Origin: an uncultured Gammaproteobacteria bacterium
Lineage (GTDB): Bacteria > Patescibacteriota > Microgenomatia > Levybacterales > GWA1-39-11
Assembly: GCA_964409875.1 (NCBI GenBank)
Contig: CAYPEN010000002.1
Coordinates: 142,607-206,606 of the forward strand
Length of the DNA stretch: 64,000 nt
Direction: 5' to 3'
Positions 19,371-30,298 of this stretch are shown piece by piece. A program made the translations under genes and the position numbers. The notes beneath the pieces were generated by a model. That model did not search any database. It was not told the origin of the DNA and saw only the letters and a list, made by a program, of their open reading frames with translations. How positions within the stretch are numbered: position 1 is the first letter of the stretch; each line of letters starts with the position of its first letter.

Positions 19371-20237
19371 CTATTTTTGGCAAATTGGGCAAAAAAAGGT
19401 TCCGCGTCCGCCTAAATACACTTTTTGCACTACTCCACCGTCCTCTCTTACACATGCCTTGTTCTTCCTTCCATACACCAGAAAATGATTCTGGTATTCC
19501 CCTTTTTGTCCCATGACATCAACAAAATTGAGCTCGGACGAACCCCTATATTTCATTCCCTTTTCCAATACCTTTAATAATGCGTCAAATAGTGTTGATA
19601 TTTCATCTGTATTTAAACTTTTTGCTCTCCGTCGTGGATCCATTCTTGCTTCAAAACATGCATCGTTTGCGTAAATATTCCCCACTCCTCCAATTTTTGT
19701 TTGCTCCATCAAAAGCACTTTTATCGGGAGGTTTGAGCCGGACACTATCCGTTCAAAAAGAGGAAGCGTTAATTTTGGAGTATCTGAGCCGGGAGATGGA
19801 AATGGTTCTGGCCCCAAAGTTTTAAAAAATGGCAGTGTTTTAAGATCTTTGAGAGGCATTATTTTCATCCAGGCAAAACCCCTTACTTCTTGAAAATACA
19901 AATTCGAATTTGAACTCAGAGCAATATCCACCCGGGTAAATTTATTGGGAACCTTTGAAGGGGTGGGTTTTAAAACCTCCAAATCTTTTGTCTTCTCATT
20001 CCTGAAAATCAATTGTCCGGTAAGTTTTATATGGAATGCTATGCAATATGAATTATCCAGTTCAACCACTATGCCTTTCGCGTACCGTTTAACGTCTAAA
20101 ATCTTTGCCCCAATAATGTTCTTTGGGTCACCTGTCAGAAGCTTTGAGTCAATAACCACAACATCCTCTATCTTTTTTCCAACAACGTACTTTTGAAGGC
20201 CTACTTTTAACGTTTCGACTTCAGGCAACTCAGGCAT
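19371..20237 (-). CDS. mutM: Formamidopyrimidine-DNA glycosylase (Fpg/Nei family)
   Basis: N-terminal 'MPELPEVE' with catalytic Pro2. C-terminal zinc finger 'CPICQ'. The start is trimmed to this Met. Confidence 0.85.
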   Translation of the reverse strand: MPELPEVETLKVGLQKYVVGKKIEDVVVIDSKLLTGDPKNIIGAKILDVKRYAKGIVVELDNSYCIAFHIKLTGQLIFRNEKTKDLEVLKPTPSKVPNKFTRVDIALSSNSNLYFQEVRGFAWMKIMPLKDLKTLPFFKTLGPEPFPSPGSDTPKLTLPLFERIVSGSNLPIKVLLMEQTKIGGVGNIYANDACFEARMDPRRRAKSLNTDEISTLFDALLKVLEKGMKYRGSSELNFVDVMGQKGEYQNHFLVYGRKNKACVREDGGVVQKVYLGGRGTFFCPICQK

Positions 20238-21366
20238 TTTCCACAATCTCCTTAATTTTCCTATCAAATTCTTTTTCCGAGAACTTTTCAGCTTGAATAA
20301 CACAGTCGTTTGGATTTAACTGCAAATTTTCAAGCTTTTCTATTGATTCATTCATACTCTCGGGAGAATTTTGGTCATAAAACACTCCGGTTTTGCCATC
20401 AATAACCGTTTCTTTTACTCCACCGCTTCTAAATGCTACTACCGGTGTTCCAACACCCATGCTTTCAACAGGAGTTATGCCAAAATCCTCATCAAATGAG
20501 GCAAAAATATACGCTTTAGCCCCTGCCATCAACTCAAACTTCTTCTCATCGTCTACTTCACCCACAAATTCAATGTTTTTACCCGCCATTTTCTTTAATT
20601 CTTCTTCAAACCCCGCAAACCCCTTCCCAAATATTTTTAAAGGTTTTCCATTCCTATTAAACGCTTTGACAATTACATCCATCCCTTTTGCCCTGGCAAG
20701 TCTACCGCCAGCTAAATAGTAGCTAGTAGTTGGTAGTTGGTAGTTGGTAGAAATTACATTTGGAATTTTAACCGGAGGATATACCACTAATGCCTCCCTT
20801 CTGTAAAATTTCTTAATTCTTCCTGCAACTTCCCTAGAATTAGCAATAAAAATATCGACATTTTTTGAAGCATTAAAATCAACAATTCGCAAGAAATGAT
20901 TGGCAATTGAAGCTGCAGCATAAAAAAATTTGTTTTTCTTCCATTCCCGTGCAGTTGCATACCCATACAAATACCGAGGCGGGGTATGGGTATAACAAAT
21001 GAGTTTGGTTCTATGCCCTGAGCCTGTCGAACCGGCTTTTCTGACTAAATTTGGAAAGTATGCCCCCGTTTGGGAAACAATTATAATGTCGTACTTTGAA
21101 AGCTCCAAACTTTTAAAAGCAAAAGGGGAAAGAAGTCTTAAGGGGGAAATGAGCTTATGCCTCATTGGAAACCTATCTATCCAAGTTGAAGTTATGCTGT
21201 AATCCGTAAACCGCTTTTTGTGTGGCCCTAAAAATTCAGGCGCAAATAAAGAAGTATATACATCTGCGTTTGGAAAAATTTTTATAAGTTCTTCTAAAAC
21301 CCGCTCTGCCCCACCGTATTCTTTAATGTAGTCGTGAACAATCGCAATCTTAATTCTTTTTTCCAT
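20230..21366 (-). CDS. Glycosyltransferase family 1 (GT4-like)
   Basis: GT-B fold with a C-terminal 'E..G....E' signature region and 'FGITPVESMGVGTPVVA'. Confidence 0.8.
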   Translation of the reverse strand: MEKRIKIAIVHDYIKEYGGAERVLEELIKIFPNADVYTSLFAPEFLGPHKKRFTDYSITSTWIDRFPMRHKLISPLRLLSPFAFKSLELSKYDIIIVSQTGAYFPNLVRKAGSTGSGHRTKLICYTHTPPRYLYGYATAREWKKNKFFYAAASIANHFLRIVDFNASKNVDIFIANSREVAGRIKKFYRREALVVYPPVKIPNVISTNYQLPTTSYYLAGGRLARAKGMDVIVKAFNRNGKPLKIFGKGFAGFEEELKKMAGKNIEFVGEVDDEKKFELMAGAKAYIFASFDEDFGITPVESMGVGTPVVAFRSGGVKETVIDGKTGVFYDQNSPESMNESIEKLENLQLNPNDCVIQAEKFSEKEFDRKIKEIVENA

Positions 21367-21425
21367 ACTAACTAAACGCTAAATCCTATCCCTTATACCC
21401 TACCTCTAAAAGGGGCAAGCTATGC

Positions 21426-22367
21426 TTATAGTAGCTTCATCTGCCCTTTTCCATTTGCATTAAACGCTCCGTTTTTATCAAATATTTCATCCACCCTTTT
21501 TGGCAAGGTATGAAATTCGTATTTTTCAAGTTCCTTTTTAAATACCTCAAGTTCAATTTCACTGACCTGACACTCTGAGAACTCAAAAACCAATGGAACA
21601 TCGGTCACAATTTTTGCCAACGTATGAGAAATTCTGCAATTATCATGCCCATCAAGTAGTTTTTGGGCAAGCTTTGGGTTTTTAACTTTTATCTCGTCCA
21701 AATGTTCATAAATTCCATCAATTGTTTTGTAATCATTGATAAGTGTTGCAGCGGTTTTAGGACCAACTCCTGCTACCCCCGGGTAATTATCTGACGCGTC
21801 GCCCATAAGAGCCTTCATTTCAACAATTTGAGGCGGATTAATACCGTATTTTTCCCGCACTTTCTCCGCGTCCATAATGCTTACTTCGGATATTCCTTTT
21901 ATAGGCATGAGCACCTTTGTGTCGCTATCGACCAACTGAAGCATATCTCTATCCCCCGTTACGATGTATGTGAACTCTCCCTCTTTATTTGCACGCTCAG
22001 AAATGGTTCCAATTATGTCATCAGCCTCAAACCCGTCGACAGCGTAAGTTGCGATGTGCGCTTTTTTTAAAATGTCGATAATTGCCTTAAATTGCTCCGA
22101 TAACTCTCCCTCCATTTTCGGCCTTTGCGCCTGATAACCGACATACAGTTGCTGACGAAAAGTAGGCTTTGGCCTATCAAAAGCAACTGCAATTTTTTTT
22201 GGTTCAAGCTGATGCATGACTTTAAGTAACATCGAGAAAAAACCGTAAATTGCACCTGTTGGAGTTCCATCTTTTTTTGAGAAAAAAGGCATTGCGTGAT
22301 ATGCCCGGTGCACAATGGCACTTCCATCGATAAGCAAAAAAATATCTTTTTTGAGGTCTTTTTCCAT
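21426..22367 (-). CDS. 5'-3' exonuclease (Pol I N-terminal/FEN-like, stand-alone)
   Basis: PIN-like N-terminus 'LLIDGSAIVHRAYHA' and an H3TH 'GVAGVGPKTAATL' motif. The start is taken at the internal Met so that it abuts the upstream ATPase gene. Confidence 0.8.
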   Translation of the reverse strand: MEKDLKKDIFLLIDGSAIVHRAYHAMPFFSKKDGTPTGAIYGFFSMLLKVMHQLEPKKIAVAFDRPKPTFRQQLYVGYQAQRPKMEGELSEQFKAIIDILKKAHIATYAVDGFEADDIIGTISERANKEGEFTYIVTGDRDMLQLVDSDTKVLMPIKGISEVSIMDAEKVREKYGINPPQIVEMKALMGDASDNYPGVAGVGPKTAATLINDYKTIDGIYEHLDEIKVKNPKLAQKLLDGHDNCRISHTLAKIVTDVPLVFEFSECQVSEIELEVFKKELEKYEFHTLPKRVDEIFDKNGAFNANGKGQMKLL

Positions 22368-22368
22368 C

Positions 22369-24528
22369 TTAGGCGACTTTTCTGCCGTACCGCTCTTTTG
22401 AAAGCCGGATAATGTCATCCCTATTCTCATTTTTAAGGTTGGGAAGTGGTAGCGTTTTTGCGGCAAATGGCATAGAGGTCATATTGTCAATTGATAGCTT
22501 CATGACAATTTCGTGCTTCCCTAAAGATACAAGGTCGTTTTGCGAATAAATTTGGGCAAATTCATTCGTGAGTAAAGCAGCATCTCCGGCACCTGTCACA
22601 AACGATATAAGCGTTCCAGCATTTCCAAATATAGCCTTTTGAATAGTAACGTCGAGCTGGTCAATGTACTGGTTAGCAAGGGTTATTGCAAGCCTGTATT
22701 TTCTTGCCTCGGACAGAATTTTGATGAAAGACGAGGTTGCGAAGTTCTGGAACTCGTCTACATACAGGAAAAAGTCCTGCCGCTCTTCCTCTTTTTGGAA
22801 AGCACGGTTCATAGCGGCTAATTGAATTTGAGTAATAATCATAGCCCCCAAAAGCGCCGCGTTGTCCTCACCTAATTTCCCTTGCGACAAGTTCAGGAGC
22901 AGTATTTTTTTCCCATTCATTATTTCTTCCAAATCAATTGTCGATTTTGGATTGCCGATAATGTTTCGTATCATTTTGGAGGACACAAACTGTCCGACTT
23001 TGTTTTGTATGGGAGAAATTGCCTCCACCCTCAACTTGTCTGTCATCTTATCAAACTCCTGTTCCCAGAACGCGCGGATAACAGGGTCTTGGATATTTGG
23101 AACGACTTTGTCACGATACGCTTTGTCTGAAAGAATTCTTAATGCATCAATAAGTGTTGAATTGGGTATTTCAAGAAGGGTAAAAATGGTGTTTCTTAGG
23201 ATATACTCAAGCCTTGGACCCCAGGAATCGGCATAAATTTTTGAGAAGATTGAGACGATACCTGATGCGATAAGATCTTTGTGCTGTTTGTTTTTAATCT
23301 CCAAAACATTTAGTGAGAAAGTCCGTTCCGTATCGAAAGGCTCAAGATACACAACGTCATTAAGTCTTCTTTTGGGAATATAGTCCAAAACCGTTTCACA
23401 TAAATCACCATGGGGGTCAATAATTCCGATTCCCCGGCCTTTTCTTATATCATCAATTGCCATATTGGCAATGAGGGTTGATTTTCCCGCACCGGTTTTT
23501 CCCATAATGTACACATGCTTTCGTCTATCAATATCCTTTATGCCAAAAATCGTATTTTGGTTTTTAAATTCCGTTGCCGCAAAGAAATTGACGTTTTGCT
23601 TTTCCTCTTCAGTCATGTTGTTGGCAGCAGGAATATTTTCGGGAGGTTCACCTGCTAATGTTTTACCCCATGAAATGTTTTTTATACCGGACAAAAGCTT
23701 TCCCGCAGGATGCCACATGGTCGCAAGTTCCTGTGCATTTAAAATTTGATGCCTCCGCTCAAGAAGCGTTGTAGAGCGGGTATGTATCCTTTTTAAAAGC
23801 CGCGCCTTGTTGAGAATCGGACGCTTGAATTTCAGTTGGTTTCCTTCCCCACTAGAAAAACTTCCAAATGTACCTGCTACATTTTGAAGATATGGCAAGG
23901 GAGAACCACTGTTTGCTGAGGCAATAAGCCTGATAAGTGTTTTTCCTCCTTGAAATTCCGTCTTTTCTGAAACCGCACTTGCTGATACTACCCCGTCTTT
24001 TGAAGTTGTTCCGTCAGAATTTACTTTTGGCTGGGTTGCGGCAATAGCATGCGATTGCCAAGGAAAGGATGCGGGAGTAACTAAGATCTGGATACCAATA
24101 TCAACCCCTTCCTGCTGTTTTGCAAGAAACCCGATAAGGGACGCAATAGGGTCTACGTTGCTGAATTCTTTATATGTCTTTAATGGATAATGATAGGATG
24201 AATTGAGCTTCAATTCACCTACCTCTTTGTGTTTTGCTGACAAGATTAATTCCATCGGGTCTGTTGTAGGGGAAATTGCACAGCGAGGATATGAGGAAAC
24301 CATAAGACTTGTAATGAAAGTTTCCATAGCTTTTGGGACAACAATATAAAAGTAAATTTTCTGTTTCAAAAGATAAATCTCAAACGACACACAAGGCGGT
24401 GTGTGATAAAGCCTTTTAAATAAACCCACATAACTTGGGAGAAGAGCCGAGAAAATTTGAGTTGCTGACTCGATACTCGTTTCATCGTCCTTTGGCGTTC
24501 TGACGTGTAAATAGATTGGATCTTTCAT
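22369..24528 (-). CDS. P-loop ATPase of the HerA/FtsK/VirB4-TraG superfamily with ~350-aa N-terminal unknown domain
   Basis: 'HVYIMGKTGAGKST' matches the HxxIxGxTGxGKS pattern. Walker B 'LYVDEFQNF' is followed by 'EARKYRLAITLANQ'. Confidence 0.6.
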   Translation of the reverse strand: MKDPIYLHVRTPKDDETSIESATQIFSALLPSYVGLFKRLYHTPPCVSFEIYLLKQKIYFYIVVPKAMETFITSLMVSSYPRCAISPTTDPMELILSAKHKEVGELKLNSSYHYPLKTYKEFSNVDPIASLIGFLAKQQEGVDIGIQILVTPASFPWQSHAIAATQPKVNSDGTTSKDGVVSASAVSEKTEFQGGKTLIRLIASANSGSPLPYLQNVAGTFGSFSSGEGNQLKFKRPILNKARLLKRIHTRSTTLLERRHQILNAQELATMWHPAGKLLSGIKNISWGKTLAGEPPENIPAANNMTEEEKQNVNFFAATEFKNQNTIFGIKDIDRRKHVYIMGKTGAGKSTLIANMAIDDIRKGRGIGIIDPHGDLCETVLDYIPKRRLNDVVYLEPFDTERTFSLNVLEIKNKQHKDLIASGIVSIFSKIYADSWGPRLEYILRNTIFTLLEIPNSTLIDALRILSDKAYRDKVVPNIQDPVIRAFWEQEFDKMTDKLRVEAISPIQNKVGQFVSSKMIRNIIGNPKSTIDLEEIMNGKKILLLNLSQGKLGEDNAALLGAMIITQIQLAAMNRAFQKEEERQDFFLYVDEFQNFATSSFIKILSEARKYRLAITLANQYIDQLDVTIQKAIFGNAGTLISFVTGAGDAALLTNEFAQIYSQNDLVSLGKHEIVMKLSIDNMTSMPFAAKTLPLPNLKNENRDDIIRLSKERYGRKVA

Positions 24529-24623
24529 GATGTTATTATATGTGCTTGCAAATAGTAATACTCTTCGTCTTTGTATTTACATTATACAGGTTTTCAGCCT
24601 GTTGAACATTGAGGGGTAACAAG

Positions 24624-26489
24624 TTATGCTGCTTTTTTTAGTAAGGGAGTCTTTTTTTCTACCGTTTTTGTACCTTTCATTATCTTCTCAAATTCTTCTC
24701 CTTCGAGAGTTTCTTTTTTCACGAGTACCGCCGCTACTTCGTCAAGCTTCTTTCTGTTCTGCCTGAGGGCTTCAACTGCTCTCTTATGCGCTTCTTCGAT
24801 GATGTAGGACACTTCTTTATCAATTGCTGCCTGCATCGACTCGGAAATTTGTTTTCCTTCTCCGCCAAACATAGGATTTTCGCCGGGGACAAGGTTAATT
24901 GGCCCAAGCCTACTCATTCCATACTCAATAACCATCGTCCTTGCAACTTCACTTGCCTTTTCTATGTCATTTGCAGCCCCGGTTGTCACATCGACAAACA
25001 TTAGCTCCTCAGCAACTCTTCCTCCCAGCATGGTTGCAATTTGCTCCAAAAGCCTGGTTTTTGTCTCATGAACCCTATCAAATTGAGGTGGAATAAGGGT
25101 ATGTCCCAAAGACATTCCACGCCCTACAATTGAAATTCTATGCACGGGGTCGGCATGGGGCATTGCGTAACTTACTATTGCATGCCCTGATTCGTGATAC
25201 GCAGTAATCTTTTTATCGTCCTCCGATTGCAGCCTCTTCTTCTCAGGGCCCATCTTCACCTTTGTTGCTGCCTCTTCGAGGTCAGCCATATCAATTGTCT
25301 TTTTATCCCCGCGAGCCGCTAAAATCGCCGCCTCGTTGAGCATATTCTCCAAATCTGCTCCGGAAAACCCGACCGTTCTTTTGGCAACCGACTCCCATGA
25401 CACGCTTTTTGCAAAAGGCTTTCCTTTGGCATGGATTGCCAGAATTGCTTTTCGTCCCTCAATATCGGGATAAGAAATCATAACCCGTCTATCAAATCTG
25501 CCGGGCCTCACAAGTGCTGCATCCAGAATGTCCGGTCTGTTGGTGGCTGCAATTACGACTAGTTGCTCTGTTGGGGTAAACCCGTCCATTTCAACGAGGA
25601 TTTGGTTTAATGTCTGCTCGCGCTCATCATGCCCCCCCATCATGCCAACTCCTCTCTGCCTTCCAATCGCATCAATTTCATCGATGAAAATAATTGCAGG
25701 CTGAGCTTTTTTTGCGTTCATAAATAAATCCCTAACGCGTGCTGCTCCGACTCCAACCAACATTTCCATAAATTCGCTTCCCGCAATTGAGAAAAATGCG
25801 ACTTTTGCCTCACCGGCGACAGCTCGGGCCAAAAGCGTCTTTCCTGTACCTGCAGGCCCTACGAGCAACACACCTTTTGGTGTTCTTGCACCCATAGCGT
25901 GATATTTTTGAGGATTTCTTAAGAAGTCTACGACTTCCGAAAGCTCCTGCTTTGCTTCATCTACTCCCGCAACATCGTTAAATGTCACTTTTGGAAACGC
26001 TTTATTGAATGCTTTTGCCTTATTGGAGCCAAAAGAAAAGATATTCTCTTGTGCTCCTCGTGCTTGCCTGAAGACAAAGTAAAAGAATCCTATGATAAGA
26101 AGAACGGGCAAGAAATTGGCTAAAATTCCAATCCAAGTATTAAGAGCCGATGAATCTTTGACGGTGATTTTTACTTTCGTCGGGTCAACATTGGAGTCCT
26201 TCAAGACACTATAAAGAGATGTTCCCGGTTCCTTTTTTGTTGCTGCTTTCTTGCCATCTTTATAGGCAATATCCATCTTACTGTCTGAAACAATAATTTC
26301 ACTTACTTTGCCTGCCTTTACATCATTTACGGCTTGGGAAAGTGATATGTTTTGTTCGGGAGTACCATATGAAAAGTCGCCTAACCCTATGGTGAGGAAT
26401 ACCAGAAAGAGAAAAAGGAATCCATACAGAAGAATGTCTTTCCAGCCAATACGAAAACCATTTTTCTTACCTTGTCGTTTAATTTTCAT
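24624..26489 (-). CDS. ftsH: ATP-dependent zinc metalloprotease FtsH
   Basis: N-terminal TM helices, AAA Walker A 'GPAGTGKT', the SRH region and the 'HESGHA' zinc-binding motif. Confidence 0.95.
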   Translation of the reverse strand: MKIKRQGKKNGFRIGWKDILLYGFLFLFLVFLTIGLGDFSYGTPEQNISLSQAVNDVKAGKVSEIIVSDSKMDIAYKDGKKAATKKEPGTSLYSVLKDSNVDPTKVKITVKDSSALNTWIGILANFLPVLLIIGFFYFVFRQARGAQENIFSFGSNKAKAFNKAFPKVTFNDVAGVDEAKQELSEVVDFLRNPQKYHAMGARTPKGVLLVGPAGTGKTLLARAVAGEAKVAFFSIAGSEFMEMLVGVGAARVRDLFMNAKKAQPAIIFIDEIDAIGRQRGVGMMGGHDEREQTLNQILVEMDGFTPTEQLVVIAATNRPDILDAALVRPGRFDRRVMISYPDIEGRKAILAIHAKGKPFAKSVSWESVAKRTVGFSGADLENMLNEAAILAARGDKKTIDMADLEEAATKVKMGPEKKRLQSEDDKKITAYHESGHAIVSYAMPHADPVHRISIVGRGMSLGHTLIPPQFDRVHETKTRLLEQIATMLGGRVAEELMFVDVTTGAANDIEKASEVARTMVIEYGMSRLGPINLVPGENPMFGGEGKQISESMQAAIDKEVSYIIEEAHKRAVEALRQNRKKLDEVAAVLVKKETLEGEEFEKIMKGTKTVEKKTPLLKKAA

Positions 26490-26566
26490 GATACCTGCCT
26501 GAGGAGAATGGGGATACTCCTTAACATGGGAAATTATATCACACCTTGAGCGTGATTGCTAACCTT

Positions 26567-26794
26567 TTACTTTACAGGATCGTAACCACCTTTGGCGTAC
26601 GGATTGCACCTGCCAATTCTTTGAAATCCCATAAGAAGTCCTTTAAAAACACCGTGTTTTTTAATAGCATCTTGCATATAGATGGAACAGGTGGGAGCGT
26701 ATCGGCACGTATTCCCCTTTCCAAAAATCATATCTAAAAATTGAGAAATAATCTTTTGATACAGAGAAATGAGCAATACTACAAAATTTGTCAT
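26567..26794 (-). CDS. yidD: Membrane protein insertion efficiency factor YidD
   Basis: 'CRYAPTCSIY' signature. The start is trimmed to the internal Met 'MTNFVV'. Confidence 0.8.
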   Translation of the reverse strand: MTNFVVLLISLYQKIISQFLDMIFGKGNTCRYAPTCSIYMQDAIKKHGVFKGLLMGFQRIGRCNPYAKGGYDPVK

Positions 26795-27069
26795 ACCGTT
26801 TGCCTCTTTGTGAACTCCAAAAACTGTTCTGATGCTTCCTCCCAATCAACTACAATATTTGTAACGTTTGCAAAAAAAGGTCCGCGTCTGCAATAGAATA
26901 ACACTTTCTCAATATTCTCCTTCTCCCCTTGCAAAACAGCCTCCACTCTGTCATCTGACAGATTCCTCACCCACCCCGTGACGCCTAATTTTCGTGCTTT
27001 CGACCGGACATACGCGCGAAACCCGACACCCTGAACAAATCCTGAGATATAAACATGCGCTTGCTTCAT
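26791..27069 (-). CDS. acyP: Acylphosphatase
   Basis: 'VQGVGFRAYV' and 'GWVRNLSDDRVE' acylphosphatase signatures. Confidence 0.8.
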   Translation of the reverse strand: MKQAHVYISGFVQGVGFRAYVRSKARKLGVTGWVRNLSDDRVEAVLQGEKENIEKVLFYCRRGPFFANVTNIVVDWEEASEQFLEFTKRQTV

Positions 27070-27084
27070 AAAAGAGGCGGGAAA

Positions 27085-28059
27085 TTACTTCAATCCCATT
27101 TTTTCGCGGACTTCATCAATTGTTTCTTGAGCTAAATTTTGTGCTTTTTCGGCACCTTCCGAAATAACTTTATTTACATATTCTGGATTATTCTCAAGCT
27201 CCTGCCTTTTTTCCTGAATAGGACGAAGCTCGGCAAATATAGCCTCAGAAAGTGAGTTTTTAATATCTCCATAACGGACACCTTCATTTCTATACTGAGT
27301 TTCTAAATTCTCTCTTTTCTCTTTCCCTTCAAATAATTCAACGAATTCAAAAAGGCTTTTTACACCGCCGGTAATTTCGTTTCCTTGTCCGCTGTCGGTT
27401 GGAATCTTTGCGATTTTTGACTTTATCATCTCTAAATCATCAGTTAGATTTATATAACTACCCTCAACGGACTTACTCATTTTTCCTTCCCCCGTCAAAG
27501 AAGGCACATATTCGCCATTTGTTGCAAAACGTTTTGGCTCGGGAAAATCGGTTCCATAATCTTGATTGAAACGCCTGGCAATTTCTCTTGAAACTTCTAA
27601 ATGAGGCTCCTGGTCTATTCCAACCGGCACAAGACTTGCCTTATATACCAAAATGTCTGCTGCCATAAGGGCCGGATAATTGAGAAGCGCAAGTGTTGCA
27701 TGTTCGGGGTATTGCTTTACTTTCTCCTTAAACGTTGGCAGATGCTGCATTTTGGCAATGGTTACAACTGAAGAGAAGTAAAACGCCAATTCTAAATGCT
27801 GGGGCACTTCGGATTGCTGAAATATTACCGATTTTTGAGGGTCAAGACCTGCTGCTAAGTAGTCCAAAATTACTTCCCGTCTGTTTTTTCGAAGCTCCTC
27901 GATATCATACGGAGTTGTTATTGTATGAACGTCTGCAACCATGTAAAGCGTTTCATACTCGGGGTTATCTTGCAATTCAAGCATACCCTTCACCGCCCCT
28001 AAATAGTTGCCTAAATGGAGCCTTCCCGTAGCTCTTATACCTGATAAAACTCTCTTCAT
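27085..28059 (-). CDS. trpS: Tryptophan--tRNA ligase
   Basis: Class I 'GNYLG' (HIGH-like) and 'KMSKS' motifs. The start is trimmed to 'MKRVLSGIRATG' to avoid overlapping murD. Confidence 0.9.
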   Translation of the reverse strand: MKRVLSGIRATGRLHLGNYLGAVKGMLELQDNPEYETLYMVADVHTITTPYDIEELRKNRREVILDYLAAGLDPQKSVIFQQSEVPQHLELAFYFSSVVTIAKMQHLPTFKEKVKQYPEHATLALLNYPALMAADILVYKASLVPVGIDQEPHLEVSREIARRFNQDYGTDFPEPKRFATNGEYVPSLTGEGKMSKSVEGSYINLTDDLEMIKSKIAKIPTDSGQGNEITGGVKSLFEFVELFEGKEKRENLETQYRNEGVRYGDIKNSLSEAIFAELRPIQEKRQELENNPEYVNKVISEGAEKAQNLAQETIDEVREKMGLK

Positions 28060-28096
28060 ACTTCCTATTGTACCAAATTTTGAGGCAAATGATGAA

Positions 28097-29461
28097 TTAG
28101 GATGAAAGTGCGGAAACTTCTTTCTTGAACTGTTCTCCTCTATCTTTGTATGAGGTGAACATATCAAAAGAGGCACACGCGGGAGAAAGAAGCACCACAT
28201 CCCCAATTTCCCCTATTTCTGAAGCTTTTTTGACCACTTCTGCCATATTCTTGCAATCTTCATAAATAGGGAATGTAATCTTTGAGCCCACCAGTTTTTC
28301 TTTAATTTTCCTCCACTCTACCCCGATTCCGATAATGGCCTTTATTGAAGGTGTATCTGAGATGATTTGCCCTAGGTCTGAAAAGTCGCTGTTTTTTGAA
28401 GAACCCCCAAGAATGAGAATTTTTGGTTCTTCGAAAGCCTCAATTGCAGCAATTGCGGTTTCTGGAGTTGTTGAAAAAGAATCGTCATAATACGAAACAC
28501 CGCGAACAGTCGCAACTTTCTCAATTCTATGCTCAAGTCCCTTAAATGACTTCAAAATAGGAATAACCGACTTCATCGTCGCCCCACTGCAAAGCGCAGC
28601 AATTGTTGCGGCGCATACATTTTCCAAATTGTGCTTCCCAGGAAGTGCAATTTCTTTTGCATCTAAAATCACTTCCTCCACATCATGCATTTTAAGAAAT
28701 ACCTTCCCGTCCCTCACAAAACACCCTTGTAAAACATCTTGCTCACTACTCACCTTATATACTTTTCCATTCGATACTACGTCTGACTCATTGCTTGCAG
28801 GGTAATCTTTGTTAACAACAGCAAAATCATTCGCATTTTGGTACCGAAAAATATTCCTTTTTGCCTCAACGTATTCATATACATCGGCGTGATAATCCAA
28901 GTGCTCGGAGGTTGTCATAAGCATAACTCCAACGTGTGGACTTTTATGTAGGTCTATCAACTGAAACGAGGACAGTTCCAAGACCACTTTTGAGTTGGCG
29001 TTCAATTTTGAAAGAAATGAAAGCGGTGGTACTCCAATATTTCCTCCTAAATACGCATCAAAACCCTCTTTCTTGAGCATTTCATAAATAAGTGTTGAGG
29101 TTGTTCCTTTCCCTTTTGTGCCTGTTACTCCGGTGATCTCACTGGGACAAAGATCAAAAAAAACTTTTGTGGCAGAAGTTATTTCCGCTCCATTTTTGGA
29201 GGCTTCAACAAGATATGGGGTATTTGGGTGAATTCCCGGTGAACGAAATATGATATCAAATCCGTGAATGGTTTTTATGCTCCCAAACACAAATTCAACA
29301 CCATTCTTTCTATGTGTTTCTAAAAGCTGGGAGTCAAAGTTTTCCTCTCCTTTTTCATCAAAAACCGTGATTTCTGATTCGGGTAAAAAATCGCATACAC
29401 TTTGGCCCTCAATACCAAATCCAACAACTGCTACTTTTTTGTCCTTAAATTTCTCCATCAT
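28097..29461 (-). CDS. murD: UDP-N-acetylmuramoylalanine--D-glutamate ligase
   Basis: 'VVGFGIEGQS' N-terminus and Mur ligase P-loop 'VTGTKGKGTTSTL'. Confidence 0.85.
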   Translation of the reverse strand: MMEKFKDKKVAVVGFGIEGQSVCDFLPESEITVFDEKGEENFDSQLLETHRKNGVEFVFGSIKTIHGFDIIFRSPGIHPNTPYLVEASKNGAEITSATKVFFDLCPSEITGVTGTKGKGTTSTLIYEMLKKEGFDAYLGGNIGVPPLSFLSKLNANSKVVLELSSFQLIDLHKSPHVGVMLMTTSEHLDYHADVYEYVEAKRNIFRYQNANDFAVVNKDYPASNESDVVSNGKVYKVSSEQDVLQGCFVRDGKVFLKMHDVEEVILDAKEIALPGKHNLENVCAATIAALCSGATMKSVIPILKSFKGLEHRIEKVATVRGVSYYDDSFSTTPETAIAAIEAFEEPKILILGGSSKNSDFSDLGQIISDTPSIKAIIGIGVEWRKIKEKLVGSKITFPIYEDCKNMAEVVKKASEIGEIGDVVLLSPACASFDMFTSYKDRGEQFKKEVSALSS

Positions 29462-30243
29462 AAAGAGATGTGCTCTGCCTCAATTGTATCATCCAAAAGT
29501 TTTTTTGCGACCGTTTCAAAATTTATCTTGTCCCCGGTTGTAAAAAACATATCATTTTGCTTTTGCGTTGAAAGCAAGCGCTCGTTTTCCAAAACTTGCT
29601 TAAGCCTTCTTGCCACCGCACCCCCCGAATCGGCAATAAGAACTTCTTTCCCTACTATCGACTGAATCTGGCTTTTTATGAACGGATAATGGGTACACCC
29701 AAGCGCAATTGCATCGACATTTTTTGTGAGTAGAGGTCTTAGCTCATCATTCAGAATATCCATGACCTCTTCCGAATCGGTTTCCCCTTTTTCAACGAGA
29801 TCTTCAAGGTGTGTCTCGCCAATTGTAAACACTGTTCTATCGCTTGCAAACTTTCTAATTAACTCGTTCAAATATTCACTTTTTGAGGTAGCAGGAGTGG
29901 CAAAAACAGCAACTATACCTGTCTTCGTGGCCTCAGAAACAGTTTTTATTACCGGCACAACTCCAAGAATCGGAAAGTCGAATTCTCTCCTCATTTCCTC
30001 AATTGTCATTACCGTTGCAGTATTGCAGGCAATAACAACCGCTTTAATGTTTTTATTCGTAAAAAACTTAATGATTTTTTCCGCTCTTTGAGTCAATTCT
30101 TCTTTTGTTTTAGAACCGTACGGCATAAATGCCTGATCGGCAACATATATGGTGGTTTCATGAGGCAAAATGCGGTGAATTTCTGACAAAACGGAAAGTC
30201 CGCCGACTCCCGAATCAAAAACTCCAATGGGATTATTATTCAT
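29458..30243 (-). CDS. murI: Glutamate racemase
   Basis: 'IGVFDSGVGGLSVL' and 'ACNTATV'. Confidence 0.9.
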   Translation of the reverse strand: MNNNPIGVFDSGVGGLSVLSEIHRILPHETTIYVADQAFMPYGSKTKEELTQRAEKIIKFFTNKNIKAVVIACNTATVMTIEEMRREFDFPILGVVPVIKTVSEATKTGIVAVFATPATSKSEYLNELIRKFASDRTVFTIGETHLEDLVEKGETDSEEVMDILNDELRPLLTKNVDAIALGCTHYPFIKSQIQSIVGKEVLIADSGGAVARRLKQVLENERLLSTQKQNDMFFTTGDKINFETVAKKLLDDTIEAEHISL

Positions 30244-30298
30244 TAACAGAGTGTGGGTAAGATTTGCCTATTCATGAAATGTCATACTACTAAATTTA

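Noticed and set aside
20700-20760. Short tandem repeat (tagttggtag)x3
   Set aside because: It lies inside the glycosyltransferase coding region and encodes 'LPTTSYYLAGG'. It is a simple coding-sequence repeat, not a CRISPR array or VNTR of interest.
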